Source: Catajapyx aquilonaris (taxonomy: Eukaryota). Taken from it: 38,907 nucleotides of DNA. This document shows, in pieces, positions 13,663 to 26,600 of the stretch. The number at the start of each line of letters is the position of its first letter. Position 1 is the stretch's first letter. The DNA is taken from assembly GCA_000934665.2 (NCBI GenBank), contig JYFJ02003679.1:1-38907 (forward strand), given 5' to 3'. Below the pieces are notes generated by a model. It saw nothing but the letters and a program-made list of their open reading frames with translations, had not been told where the DNA came from and did not search any database. Both the position numbers and the translations under genes were made by a program.

Positions 13663-16600
13663 TTAATCCGTCTATATAGCGTTTATATATAGCCGTAGTC
13701 AACACCTGCACTAACATATTGTTAACCACCATGGAGAAGTTGATTACGAGAGAACTCTTAATTCAATTGAAATCGTGCTTCAAAACAACCTATTAGCGGG
13801 CAACTGTGATAAATAACAACAAAATTTTCACAATTATCCAACTGTGGGCAAGATTATAATACTGTGTAGCTCTACGAATTTTTATTCGTTACAATATTTT
13901 CTACCTGCTCTGTCCAATTCGGTTTCTTGAATTCAAGGTCCGAGGAGTGATTCCACCCGACGTAACCAATCGATGAAAAAGTATACGCGAAATTCAAACC
14001 ATGTTTGCTTGAACTCCCCGTATATAAAACGGTCAAGTTATTTCGTCCACGTATAGACATGCATTCACATAATATCTGGAAGTGGACACGTTGACACGTT
14101 GATTCTTAGCCGGATGGCCCTCTCAGGCAGTCTGGTTTGCATAAAACCGTCGCATAAAGTTCAGTCGTGTCTGAGGGAAGCGCATATTCATAACTATCAG
14201 GGTGACAGGGCTCGAGTCCAATCGCGAGAGTATAGCGCTGTAACCTCTCCCGGCCGGACATAAATCACATTTACCTCGGAATACTCGCGAAAAGTGAAGA
14301 GGGCACGTCTCCGAAGAGCAACTCTAAGAATGCGGGTCCGAGCGTGTGATTTATAAGTGAGGCACGTAACTCGGATTCCGCTAGATTATTTCCTCCAAGA
14401 GGGGTCCAAGTGACACCTTTTGCAGGAGATTGATGTGTGCCAGGTGACACGGACACGGAGACTGCAACATGCATATTGCATTAGAACCCCATTCCATCCG
14501 GACTACTCACTCCAAAGCTTGAAAGAATGCAGAAAAACAACATTGGACCCACGCAAGGATGATAGAGAGATCACTTTTTTTTTGTTTGTTTGCGGAATTA
14601 GCATAATCGTGGCAGTGATGTGTGATGAGTAATGACGGACATTTTCATGCTACCTGACGCAAATTGAAAGGACGAGAGTCGAAGGGTCGTAACCGCTTTA
14701 TATGACTCTAAGAGGGTCAGTGCTCTTGGTTCTAAAATATTATTCCGATGAAGGCTAAAGGTGGTTTCGCAGGTATTGTGCAAATATGTTGAACAATTTG
14801 CAATTTTTGAATCTTCTCTTGTGTGCCGCCCTATTCATTACATGTGAGAGACGAGAGACATCAGTAATGATCTTCATGTGACAGGAACCACGTTGCATCA
14901 GCCAATGAAGGATGTGTCCCCATGATAACTTCTTTCGTTTCTGCAATGGGAGGGAAACGATACGCCCTGAAAGTAGATGAGTGACCAACTTTTTCTGATC
15001 GTACCCACTTTTCCAGCTTGTTTGTCCGTCCTTTTCGGGTCCAGATAGGAAGAGGTCACTTGCTTTTGTTCAAATCTAGGTCAGGGATGATGTGGTCGAA
15101 AATGATCATAAAGATCGTTGGAAGAGCGAAGTCCAGTGGACAATCCATAACCTCCCTGTACCCTGTGTGCTCCTAATGAACTGAAAATGGGGAGGTTTAT
15201 TCTTGAGGTGAATCCAGAGGCCGCCATTACACTTGCTCTGAAATTCAACGCGGTGTAACCGAAGCAGTAAAATGGGGTTAGACTCCGCCAATGGCTGCTG
15301 AAAGCTTTCTTCACTTGCATGATATTAATTCGTCAGATGAGGCTTGACGGCGGTTCCCATTCCTGGACAATAATAATCCCCTTTTGCAAAGTGGACGGGG
15401 CCATATAACGACGCCGAGCATTAATCAGCCAGGAGGAACCGAAGAATTTAGTGGCCATTACTGCAATTTTAGGGAGGAGTAGCAGCAGGTCCGCAGATGT
15501 TTTAATGATTGGTATGAGCAGGGTGGGAATTCCACCATGGGTACACATCACAAGAAAAACAACGTTCAGTGCACGGTCATATGGTTCAGTGTATTATTAT
15601 TCATCAAAGAATGTACTGGAAGGACGTCTTGGTACGATAGTCATGCGCTCTGGAACAAAATGAATTGTGTTTTTAAAACCTTCATTATTAAATATAACAA
15701 TAGCATAATGATAGGTTAGAAGTGTTTTAATAGCGCGAAAGAGTGTGTGAAGTGTACAGTATGATCTACTGGATACTGTTATACAGTATAAAAACATTTT
15801 CGTAGACCTCAGTGATCATGCATAAACTGACTTGATCAACAGATGATGTGCACAAAAACCTTCCAGTTATAACAAAACCTGAATTTGCAGCATACGTATG
15901 TACGGTTCATATTAATTTGAACGTGGCGTTAATGAGAAAGTGTGTTCAAAACTGATACACAGTTGCTAAATTTGAATGGATATACACCGTATCTACAGGC
16001 AACAACTTGTTGTTGCTCCATGACTAGGCAAGTGATACGGGATTTACGAATTATGAATTATAATATCGGTGCACACAAATTGTACCAATATTAGTCTTTC
16101 CCTAAATCATTATTTCCAAACACTTTGAATATGTTGCATTAATTACTCGGGGATTACCACCTGGATGTCCCACCTTGAAATTTGGGTTGTCCTCATTAGA
16201 TTGCAGTCTGCATAATGATGAGATCCTAAAGTAACTGCGAATAACCATGCATTGCTCAGATTCACATCATAATGCAAATATTCCTTTTTGGCAACATACA
16301 GATGATTGATAATAATTCCAGCATACCTTTGATGTATGTTTCAATTTTTTATACATGACAGTATTCCGAAAGTCCTTTTATGAATTTCTATGCGGGTTGT
16401 CAGTAAGCTTTTGAACGGGTTTCTTGGGGTTCAGAAGGCAATAGCCGAGGCGATGGAAGTGTCATGAGGGGTATCGGAGGACTGGAAAATTTTATTCACA
16501 AGCATATGACCAATGCTACATTTCCTAGAAGCAACAAATTTATACATGTAAAGTGGATCATCTGATGTACAGTTCATCCTGGATAATTCTAAAATCCTTG

Positions 16601-17061
16601 TATATTCGCCAGATTTCAGACGCAAAATCGACTCATTTACATCCGACATTGATTGCCGCATTACAAGCGGCGTAATTTTGTAACAGCAAACAGCATTATA
16701 TCTGACTAGCGAGCCGGCTTTTAAGGCAAATTCTCATGCAAACAAAAAGGTAGATTAAACCCAGGAATCGATCCGCATCTGCAAACCACGTTGTATGGAG
16801 GAAAAAAACCACGGTTATTCCTTCTGAAAGCAAACAAAATGCAATCCAGCCATAAATCTGAAGGTAAACGCTTTCGATTCAAAGCCATCCCTTCTCCTTC
16901 TTCCTTATGTGCTGTGTGTGTGTGTCTTGAGGGAGGGTTGGAAGGGGGAAAGGGAGGCTTCTTCTACATTGTTCAGCAGTTTCCAACCAGATGTCCGACG
17001 TGGGGCGTGGAGGAAATGGAGCCAATAAATTTGAGAGACATGTCAAATAGGTCCTCTTCAA

Positions 17062-17087
17062 GGGGGGTGGAGGGAGGGAGGGAGGGG
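17062..17087 (+). other. G-quadruplex motif / purine-rich tract
   Basis: GGGGGGTGGAGGGAGGGAGGGAGGGG. Confidence 0.6.
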
Positions 17088-20000
17088 AAAAGACGGAAAG
17101 GCAGAGGCTCACAGGGGTGGGAATAAAAAGCACCTGACCTCTGAAAGAGACCTTAAGCCTCCCCGGAAACTTGCATTCCTCTGACCCGAGTGCAGGAAGT
17201 TTGCTGTCCTCTCCAAAAATTCCATGCATCTCTTTCAAATTTCATTGCAAAGACGGAGCTTTGCAAAGCACTATTTGCGCAAGTGCTTGAAAATCTAATG
17301 TTTCCAAGAAAATGTCGCCAAGAAGATAGTGATTTTGAGACACTCCTGATGGGGCTAATCAGCGACGTCTTAATATTTTAGATGTAGGCCTCCTTGCAAG
17401 TAGTTGGCAAGCTTAGCCATTCAAAGTGAAATATGGCGAATTTACAAGGAATGTATCAAGATCGTCGATAGAATCAATGTTTGCGTGAAGAGAAAGGGAC
17501 GGTCATCCAGCTAGTAAATTACGGTTGATGGTATTGGCATATTCATGAGTGTTGGCTTTGTACTGAACATAATGATGCAGACAACTCCTGGTCGCATATA
17601 CTTTACGTATAGGTGTATGACAGTATCCGTACAGTTGATTATTATCAGTATTTTGACAAATCCCTAATTGTAACAACAACATGCGCCCTGTTTGGACTTC
17701 TGCTTCGACAGTTTTCCACCATGCGTTTAATAATATTATTTTGTTGCTTTTACAACTTACATCAAATAGCAATTAGTGTAAAAAGCCAGGTTCAATAACG
17801 CCCGCACGTTTAAACGACCAGGGCTTAAACTACTTTTTAACTCTCCGACACTCAATTTTTACAACTGCCAAAAAAGCATCCTGCCAATATTATAATATTT
17901 ATGACACCCAGCTTTCCTCAAAATGATATCACAATCAGCGTGAGCGCTCTGTACACACACTTTGTCCATTACCATTGCACTATCCAGTGTTTACCGCCGA
18001 GCCCTTTGCACTATTTATGTCCGCTTCCTGGCAATTTCGGTGTGGAGAGGCCCGGTGCAGAAAACATCGGCGGATAGTAACTACTAACTCGTAAATGCTA
18101 TTCATGTGTGTTCTCACCAGCAGCAGTACCCCCCATGCATTGTTGACAAACCACTGTAAATAATTAACTCTCCAGGCCCTTTGTTTAGTGAGAGAGAGAG
18201 AGAAGCTATACCTTTGCGGAAAAGCCAGGCCAATATCTGCGCAATTCCAGTAAGGAGCTTGCTGGACTTGAATCCAAAACTGTTCTTCTCCCCCTGGACA
18301 AATGAGACCTAGAGGCTTGATTCAACTATATAGGGGGGAAAGTAAAGCCACCCAACCCCACCCACACGAAATAAAAAGTAGCAAATTTTACTGAGGACCA
18401 TAAATATTAACGTGAAATGAATACACAAGCTGTAGGTGACAGTATCTAATTTGGGCGTCCTCCGTAAATCACAACCTTTGCCTGGGCCTTTTTCTTTCTG
18501 TTGCCATTTCATAGGGTGGCAGTAGTAGGGAGGAGAAATGAAAAAGTGCTCACCAACGGGTTCCATCCCTGTTTTCATTTGCAGCTGCATTATTGTATTG
18601 CAAAAAACTGGAGGTGATTCATAAGTCAGTGGACATGTTGCAAGGAGTGCGATTTTTTTTTTGCTTAAGATGCTAGGAAATTTACTCATTCCATCTTTTG
18701 TATAAATTTATGCAATGTTAGGCATAAGACAGGTACGGATCGCTGATATTTTAATTTAATAAATATCATAATTTTTCCAACCGGTACTGTCACCTATAGG
18801 TCGTCGAGTATTAATCGGAAAGCTCGGTTTTTGCAACCATCAGCGTTGGTTGTTGGCAACTACTTCTCTGAGGGTCCTTCATTACGAGGCTTTTTTGCGC
18901 GTGGATCCGGCCTGACCAGTATTTTTTTTGCAAAAGGAAGCCATCCTTTGGTTCTCTGCTTGCTTGCTTTCCTCCTCCCCAAAAACGGCGAGTCCATCTC
19001 AGAAGGAAGTTCCGCTTGAGAATGACATTTTCACTTCGTAATTCCTTGGAATAGCAGGGCTCCGATCCAAAAAGGGAGTCCTCCTAGATGATGTCAACAA
19101 AAGAGAAGAGAAGGAATAATTTCTTCTCTAAGAGACGTCTCTACTGATGGCCATCGATTGAAATTAGGGGTCCTGCCTGCCTCCTGTGCGATCTCTTTTC
19201 CTTTCCGTCGGTTCTCTCGGAAAAGAAAAGGTCCGGCTTCTGGTATTGACACCTTTCATATAGCCATTTGCTTTGCGGATGATTTATGATCCTGATCTTC
19301 TCTGGCCTTAATTTTATTGCGTGATTTGTACGATTCGCAGCGATTGAGGGGTTAGTTTTATGCTTTTCTCCTATTTTGATACCTCAACTGGGCGTGAAAA
19401 AGGAATCAAACAGAATTCATATATAAATCCGTAGAGTTAATAAAATCAATAGAAAACTGCTACCGTATATCAAATCAGCCCAAAATATTATTTTGCAACG
19501 ATCAACCATAAAAATATTTCCAATACTCAATTTTTAATGGTTAGAAAAATAGGCACATATTGCACATTCCTCCTCCGCCAACTTCTCCGATAAATATTTG
19601 TGGCGCATCAAGCCATATCACACGATCAAGGTATTCCAAAGTTGCAATATTGAGAAAAATAATAAGACCGAGAGTCCACGCATTCTTTGGAACGATCAAT
19701 TTTTCAATTCAATTCAATCATGTTATTGTTTATTAGACTCTGTGATTTTTTGTAGCTCTTATGAAAATATAGCTGCTCATTGGGGAGGCAATAATTGATA
19801 ACTTGTACGGATGAAGCGGAGCACTTCAGGAGTTCAAGTGAGGAAGATTGTTAAGGGCATCAATGGCGCGTGTGAACATTTTATCCCAGCGGGTATACAT
19901 CCTGTACCGGCGGCGTATTTTGGAAAGGGTTCCGTTCTGCTTGCTCGTTGCTCAACCAGCCAGAAAGAGGGGCTGTTTTTGGGTGGTGGTGGTGGTGGAG

Positions 20001-23000
20001 CCTTTTCCTTTAGAGGCTCGGTTCAAGAGGGGGCAGATATAGAGACCCCTTTTTTCGGTTTGTGCAAGGGTGTTAAACCCCACCTTCTGACTATACAAGC
20101 CGCTCTTTTGACTTTATAATTAACTGGATCGTTGGCGTTTTTCCGCTCTCTTGAAAGCTTTTGCTTCAAAATATTCCCCGGCGGATGCTTGCTTGCTGCT
20201 GGAAGGACTTGAGCTGTTGAAGTATTTAAAATCACGTTCGGTAATCTAGGTGCGCTGATGCAGCTTTTTTGTGCATACGGAGGTACATCCCCTGATAATG
20301 AAAATTCATTACGAGGCAGAAAGTGCAGGCGAGGGAAATAATAATAAAAAGTTCAGCCGGGTAGTGCTGCACTGCTTGACTTTGTTTCTCTTTTTTTATT
20401 ATTTAGCGTTGCATCTTATTCACAATTTAGCGGGATGGCTTGCATCGTGAAATAGTAGAAAAGGTGGAAAACTCCTAAGGGGAAGTAATATGACGTTTAC
20501 TGAGCGTAAACCTGCTACACCAACGGCCATTTCATTTCTGAATCTGCCTCATCCTTAGGCAGAGAGAGGTATTAGATCCGGATAAAAATTCGCGGTGCTT
20601 AGAGCTACAATGTCCTCTGAGCACGGATGTTCTCAAGTAATCCTATTATATTTCAATTAATGTCGCAGCAGCGACAAACGTGAAAGGCTGAAGCGTGCTC
20701 TCTGACATGACATACGTTTTATTAGCAGGTAACTCGAATAACTTTTGTGTGCACTTCTCTGAATCGTATTTTATAGCATGACGTGTATTAAACTGTAACA
20801 GCACAAAAAATGTGACATAAGTGATGGATAATATTATATTGCCGGTACTAAAAATATCTCAAAATTACTGTATAGGCTATTCAACGATGTTATAGAGTCG
20901 TCACTGTGTTGAATTGATTGCATTATTTCCGTTTTTACATTTTATGGGGAAAATAGGAAATTGGGCTGGCGGAAAAAGCAACTGCATGGTAGGCTAACTT
21001 GACAGGGTATAGGATTCACCCTTTTTTGATTAATCGAAGCGATGCAGTGGGGATCGCCTGATTGCGGCCAATTTTGGCGACCGCAAAGTTGCATGCTGCA
21101 GCCAAATGATACCGATATATTTGCAATTAGTCCCGGGGAATAGACAATGAGTTTGGTCAAAGTTCGTGGCAGCGAAAGGATGGAGTTAATGACTCATAAA
21201 CTGGTAATTTATTGGTAGGTTTTCTGAACAAGACAGCAGTGATTATATACCATTGCTTTTCTGCCGTCCGCGTTTTTTAAAGGGTAAGTGCAGCACTGTA
21301 GAAGGAAAAAAAAGAGTAGCGGAAAAAAAAGAGAGTTGGACTGGCAGATAACGGAGTGAAAACACAGACGAGGAGAAGACGTTGAGTTCACGCAGCCATG
21401 GGTTCAGAAGGAATTCTTCTTTCGTCAGTATTTGAAAGCATTCCAATATTCGTTTTAGGCTGCTTTGACCGCACTGTCGCTCTGGCGCAAGACTAGGGGA
21501 AAACGTGATTTGATATGGTTATTGAAGTGTCTGCTTCGTGCACATGTTACCCAAAGTGACCTTCCGTATCGATCCCTGTACCATTTCGATTCATATTTTA
21601 TTACCTAGAGTCTCGCCAGCAGTCCCACGTAATATACAGCAGCACATATAATACTATGTGCAGGGCCAGAGAAGGAATCGAAATAGGAAACTGTTGCTAA
21701 GGCGTGTACGGGTATAGAACATGCCAAGTACCGGATTTTGAACTAGGGAGCGGACTGCGCAATGTCAACACTACTGTAGGTTGTGGACGGCTGAAGAATT
21801 TGTCCAAAGATAAATGTAGGACTTTTGTTTTACATTATGAATATAATTTGAGCTTCAGCTAGTCCAGCCTGACATAATACGTATTAACTACTAAAATATC
21901 GTGCGATATTATTCTTAAAATTGCACAAAATTAACAATTCCAGCCTGCAGGAATATTGGTATAGTTCCCACGATAATTTCATTGAATTGCCATTCAGCTA
22001 TTGAATTAATTATAATTATTTGGCGGTGAATATGACCACTTTCAATGAAAATCCAGGCTAAAAACGATCTAATTGAGCCGGTTAAAACCAATTAATTAAT
22101 TTAATTAATGCCAAATTAACCCTTGCCTAGGCTCATTCTGTAGGTACTGTAGTACTAGTCAGTAACGTTCACACATAGAGTACAGTACTAGAAAGTTGTA
22201 GATATATTGTAGATCACTCAAATGTAATAATCACGTATTTCACTGTAAATGGAGAGGGGAAAAGTCACTCAAATTTAGACATTTATTTATAGCCAATTAA
22301 AATATTTCATCTAAAATCTTTCCCATCAAAATGAACTAAGGTTGAGAATATTTTTTCTAGCTCCGCTCACATACTTTTTTATTTGGAGGTTCAACTTGTA
22401 GGTACACGGTAAAACTTGAGGGCGATTAACCACTTCCTAATCGCTCCTGCTATGTTTAAGGGCGGAGAATACGACTTCCACCTCTATACTGAAACCGCGA
22501 ATAACTACCCGGAATTATAAGGGGTCAGCAATCTCGCCGAAATTATAATTCTAGAGCAGCACGCATATCGGTCACTGTCGAAGACAGCATCGGAAATCAA
22601 TGCTGTTTAGCCCAGAAGGTAATTGTTATTCCGAGAGCATGCCACAAAAAATGTGTACATTTTTAAATGTGGTTCACGAAGTGGTGCGAAGAAAGACCCG
22701 CAGTTAGCGAGGCGTCCAATTATGTGAGGGCATCGTAAGTCCCCCTCTCCAACGAAGAGCATTCTATCTTCAGCGCTTGTGCTAGAGACTAATTGGCCGT
22801 TCTTTTATAAATGCATGGTGTTGCGTGTTCTCTATTAGCATACCTGCCATTTGCCAAAGTGGGATAGCAGTTATTATCTTAATGTCCTCTTCAGGATTCA
22901 GAGATAGTGTGTTGCGGCTGGGATGGAGGAAGGGTATAGGGGAGGCCCGTGTAAAAAAGGGCATTCGGAATGCAAACACGAAGTAGCAGGTTGGGTCGTA

Positions 23001-23227
23001 AAACAAAAATGAAGTGCACGCCTTGGATAGTTAAAAATTATCGGGTGGGGAGGGAGGCCTGGAGTGAAATATTGTGCAGGGAACCCTAATATACAGGGTT
23101 TCTACAAACATAGTAGTACCCATTTCCATGTATACGCAGTATGAAGGGAAAAAATTCCTTCCGAATATCTGTCCGGAGAAGTGTGGAGAAGTGAACTAGA
23201 GACGTAAAAGTAGCCACGGCCAATCAC

Positions 23228-23656
23228 GGCCAAAGTAGCGTCACCCATTAATATCGATATATCGACCAAATGACTGTTGATATATCGGAGTAATATCGAT
23301 ATATCGAGGAAAGTAATATCGATATGTCAAGAACAATAATATCGATATGTCACGAACAATAACATCGATATGTTCAGAAAGAATAATATCGATAAGACAT
23401 GGAAAACATCGATATGTAGAACAGATACGCCGATTTGCCAAGAAAGATAATATCGATGTGTAAAAAAGATATTTTGATGTCAAGGAAAATTATATCGATA
23501 CATCGAGGACCGTGATATCGATATGTCGAAGAATTGTATATCGATATGTCAATAATAGAGATACATGGAGGAAACTAATATCGATTTATCTACAAGGAAA
23601 TGTTGATGCATATCAAGAAAAATGGTACAGATATGTCGAGCAACATTACTTTGGCC
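23228..23656. mobile_element. Candidate non-autonomous DNA transposon carrying the ATCGAT array
   Basis: GGCCAAAGTA (23228-23237) and its exact reverse complement TACTTTGGCC (23647-23656) bracket the array. No clean TSD identified; the left end has a local CACGGCCAA duplication. Confidence 0.45.
23250..23640 (+). repeat. Degenerate minisatellite, ~17 units, ~23-bp period, core AATATCGATATGTC
   Basis: ATCGAT or a close variant starts at 23253, 23276, 23295, 23318, 23341, 23364, 23388, 23408, 23429, 23452, 23473, 23494, 23517, 23540, 23557, 23580, 23602 and 23627. Modal spacing is 23 bp, with variable A-rich linkers. Confidence 0.9.
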
Positions 23657-26600
23657 CAGGGAATTCATCCACCTCTCTGGAACACCTTGTACAGTACTAG
23701 TGATCACCTTTAAAACCATCCTGGAGGAAAAAAGAAGGGGTGGGCCGTAGGGGGAGGTCTATTACCTCGCACTGCATTCCAAGTTCCCAATCGGTGAAAA
23801 ATTCTCCCAGATGATGGCGACGGCTTCTGACTATAAATTTTGGGGTGGGTGGGAGTTGACCGGAATCAAAGGGTGAAAAAAAAGCCCTTCTCTCTCATCC
23901 ACACCCTCCAGGCCATCTCTCCACCCCCTCCCCCCACCCTGTCCTTTGTGAGAAAATTGCAAACCCTCCCCCCACCCTTTCCTCCTTTTAAAAAGAATTC
24001 CAATTTGGTAGCAGCATGAGATTAGGAAGCATGCAAGCAGCAGGAGGGATGGTTTGCTAAGTACACCCTCCATGTTTGTACTATTGACTTCAAAGAAAGG
24101 TGAGCTATCCGGGCTCCTAATGAATTTCGGCAGCTGAGAACAAGCCCTCTCTCTTTTTTTTATATACCTTGCTGAAAATTGGCAGGAGGGGGAGCATGAT
24201 CGATAACCTGAAAAGCTGTCAGGGATGCCGGAAGTGTTGGAAGGGTACGGAGGCGGAGTACACGTTTTGTACTGCATGGGGGGTGCGGATTATAAGTTTG
24301 ATCCTAGTCGAGTTACAGCGGCGGACCGGGCTTGGTAGTTGTTGTTTCGAAGTTGCTAGTCTTGTTTCCCCAACATGGCCATGTGACGGGTACCTAACTT
24401 CATGATCCGGTTATTAAATTGATTTTTTGTGTGTTTGGGAGCACAGGGCCCTTTTATTAGGAAGGGTCTTCGTAAGTTCGCCCTATACAAATAACCAAAG
24501 CTCTCATATGCATATTTGCAAATTTGCGCAGTTGATTTTACTACTCTAATGTTTGGTGGTCTTCAGATGAAAATGTGACAATCCTAAAAGTAACAGTTGC
24601 TATTTCTGAATAGTAACAGTTAGTGACAAATATTAGTTTCAGAATTTGGAGCGTACGGCGCAAGTCTGTATAACTCAAGGGCTAGATTCCCGAGCAAATG
24701 TTGACTATTGTACCGATTCCCTATTAACAGATGCGATGGGGCTCTTTTTAAAGCGCCCCCTCCCTACTTTTATACAAACAGAAATGAATCTTGGAAACTG
24801 GTTGGGGCCAAAGCAAAGGAAGGCATGGAAAGGAAAGGTTACAAGATGGAATACTGCTTTGCAGAATTTATTCCTCCATCCGCAGAGAGATCCGGACATT
24901 ATTCTTGGGATGGGGGGGGCCGCCGCCTCTGTTCCAGGAGCAGTAGATAATTGGCCAAACGCCAAACTGCCAAATGAAGGGGGGAAAAGTATAGGCCATT
25001 AATCCATTGAGCAGGGAAACGGGGGCCCAAATGCTTGCTGGCCTTTGCCACTGCCTTCCTTGTAAAACTTGGGGCAGGAAGAGGAACCATTTTTCAAGAC
25101 CTGCGCGGCGCATAACAAATAAACCAGTACCTTCTCGGCTAGTGTATAAAATAGTAGCGACAAGGTAATGAAGTCGTAACTCTTAGAAAACGTAATCTGC
25201 AACATGCACATTGGTGGCCAATGTCCATTAAAATTCAGGTGACAGAAATACAGTAATGCACGTGCACAACCAGCCAATGGTGTCGATATAATTTTAGTGC
25301 ATTTTAAAGGCCAGAAAGTGCATCTGGGGCAATCACAAAGGTTTATTGAATTGGAAGGTCCCAGATGGTTCATCTTTGTCTCCCTCTCCTATATATACCG
25401 CATCCCAAACCCCCACCTTTCGTAATCGGCTCTAAGAATTCCTATTTCGGCATTAGCCCTGACATTAATGATGCTCAATCCCATAACTCATTTCTTCGCC
25501 TGCTTTATTCCCAGTTTTTTGGACTATCAGACCTTCACCCCCATCGAGCCACCATTCCCAAAAAATTGTATGAGGGGAATCTTCACTGCTGCCAACAGAA
25601 CCTTCCCAATATTCCTTGGCGGAGATTCAGATTTTCTCAGAGGCCCCCCCGTTTCATTTCCAGCTGGTTTTCTCAGAGAGAGAGGACATATTTAATACGT
25701 CGAAACCTGCAGAGAGTAAGAATCTAATTGCTTCCGAGGGAGAAAATGTGCCGATATTGGGTCGGGTCGGAGCATTACTGTCAGCTGCTTAATTTGGGCC
25801 CGATTATTATCCGCCTGGGTGTGGCGTTATAACCTGGGGAGTATTGTTGGCGCGGTTGGCAGTGTTGTTCGGAGGCCTCAATTCCAGCATGGGTGTGAAA
25901 AGCGTAGGGCTGGGCCGGGTCATAAAGACGCTATTCACCCCCCACGTTATTGGGATGAAAGCCCAAAGAATCTGCCACCGACCTCGAGGGAAAAAATTGT
26001 AGTTTTTTTGGGGGGGTGTGGCATGGGGAGAAAAGCACTTTCCTGTTCACCCTATACAGCAAGAATCTTTTCAATAATTGTTCGTTACAGTGTGCTGAAT
26101 TATGGTTTGATTTCGCAAGTCTTTTGTACGGCACAAAAAAATTTGAAGCCAGAATCCTTGGTATAGCCTAACTATACATTCGTACATATACTACATCAGT
26201 CTACGATCGAAACCCAGTCACAGAAACCCCATTTCCCTTTCCCCATCCGGTGTGGGCGCCTGAGCAGCCGGATGCAACAAATCGGGAATCAATTACCAGG
26301 CAGGGGATCCTCGCAACACGGAATCAGCTCAAACACCACCCAGAACACCACAACTGTATTCTGATGCACCGAAGAAACGGTCCGAGGTGTCAGATACATA
26401 GATTTTTTAAAGGTGCGTCGGATAGGATTGTACTCAGGCGCTCGTAACTGTTCCTATCTATGTAGGTAACCTCTGAAAATACGTGGAATCTGGCTGATGT
26501 TTTTTATGACATCATCGGAAAGGCGTAAATTATTTTACTGCTGTGATACAGTACAAAGTCGATTTTTCTTTGGAGGGGCTTCAAAGAGGAGGTCGGTTTG

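Noticed and set aside
23250..23640. CRISPR-like reading of the palindromic-core/variable-linker array
   Set aside because: The core is ~14 bp and degenerate, the linkers are only ~9 bp and compositionally similar, there are no cas genes, and the context looks eukaryotic.
23241..23700. ORFs 23241..23483 (-) and 23512..23700 (+) with repeated IDI/YRY/ISI words
   Set aside because: By-products of translating the ATCGAT minisatellite; the ~23-bp period is not a multiple of 3.
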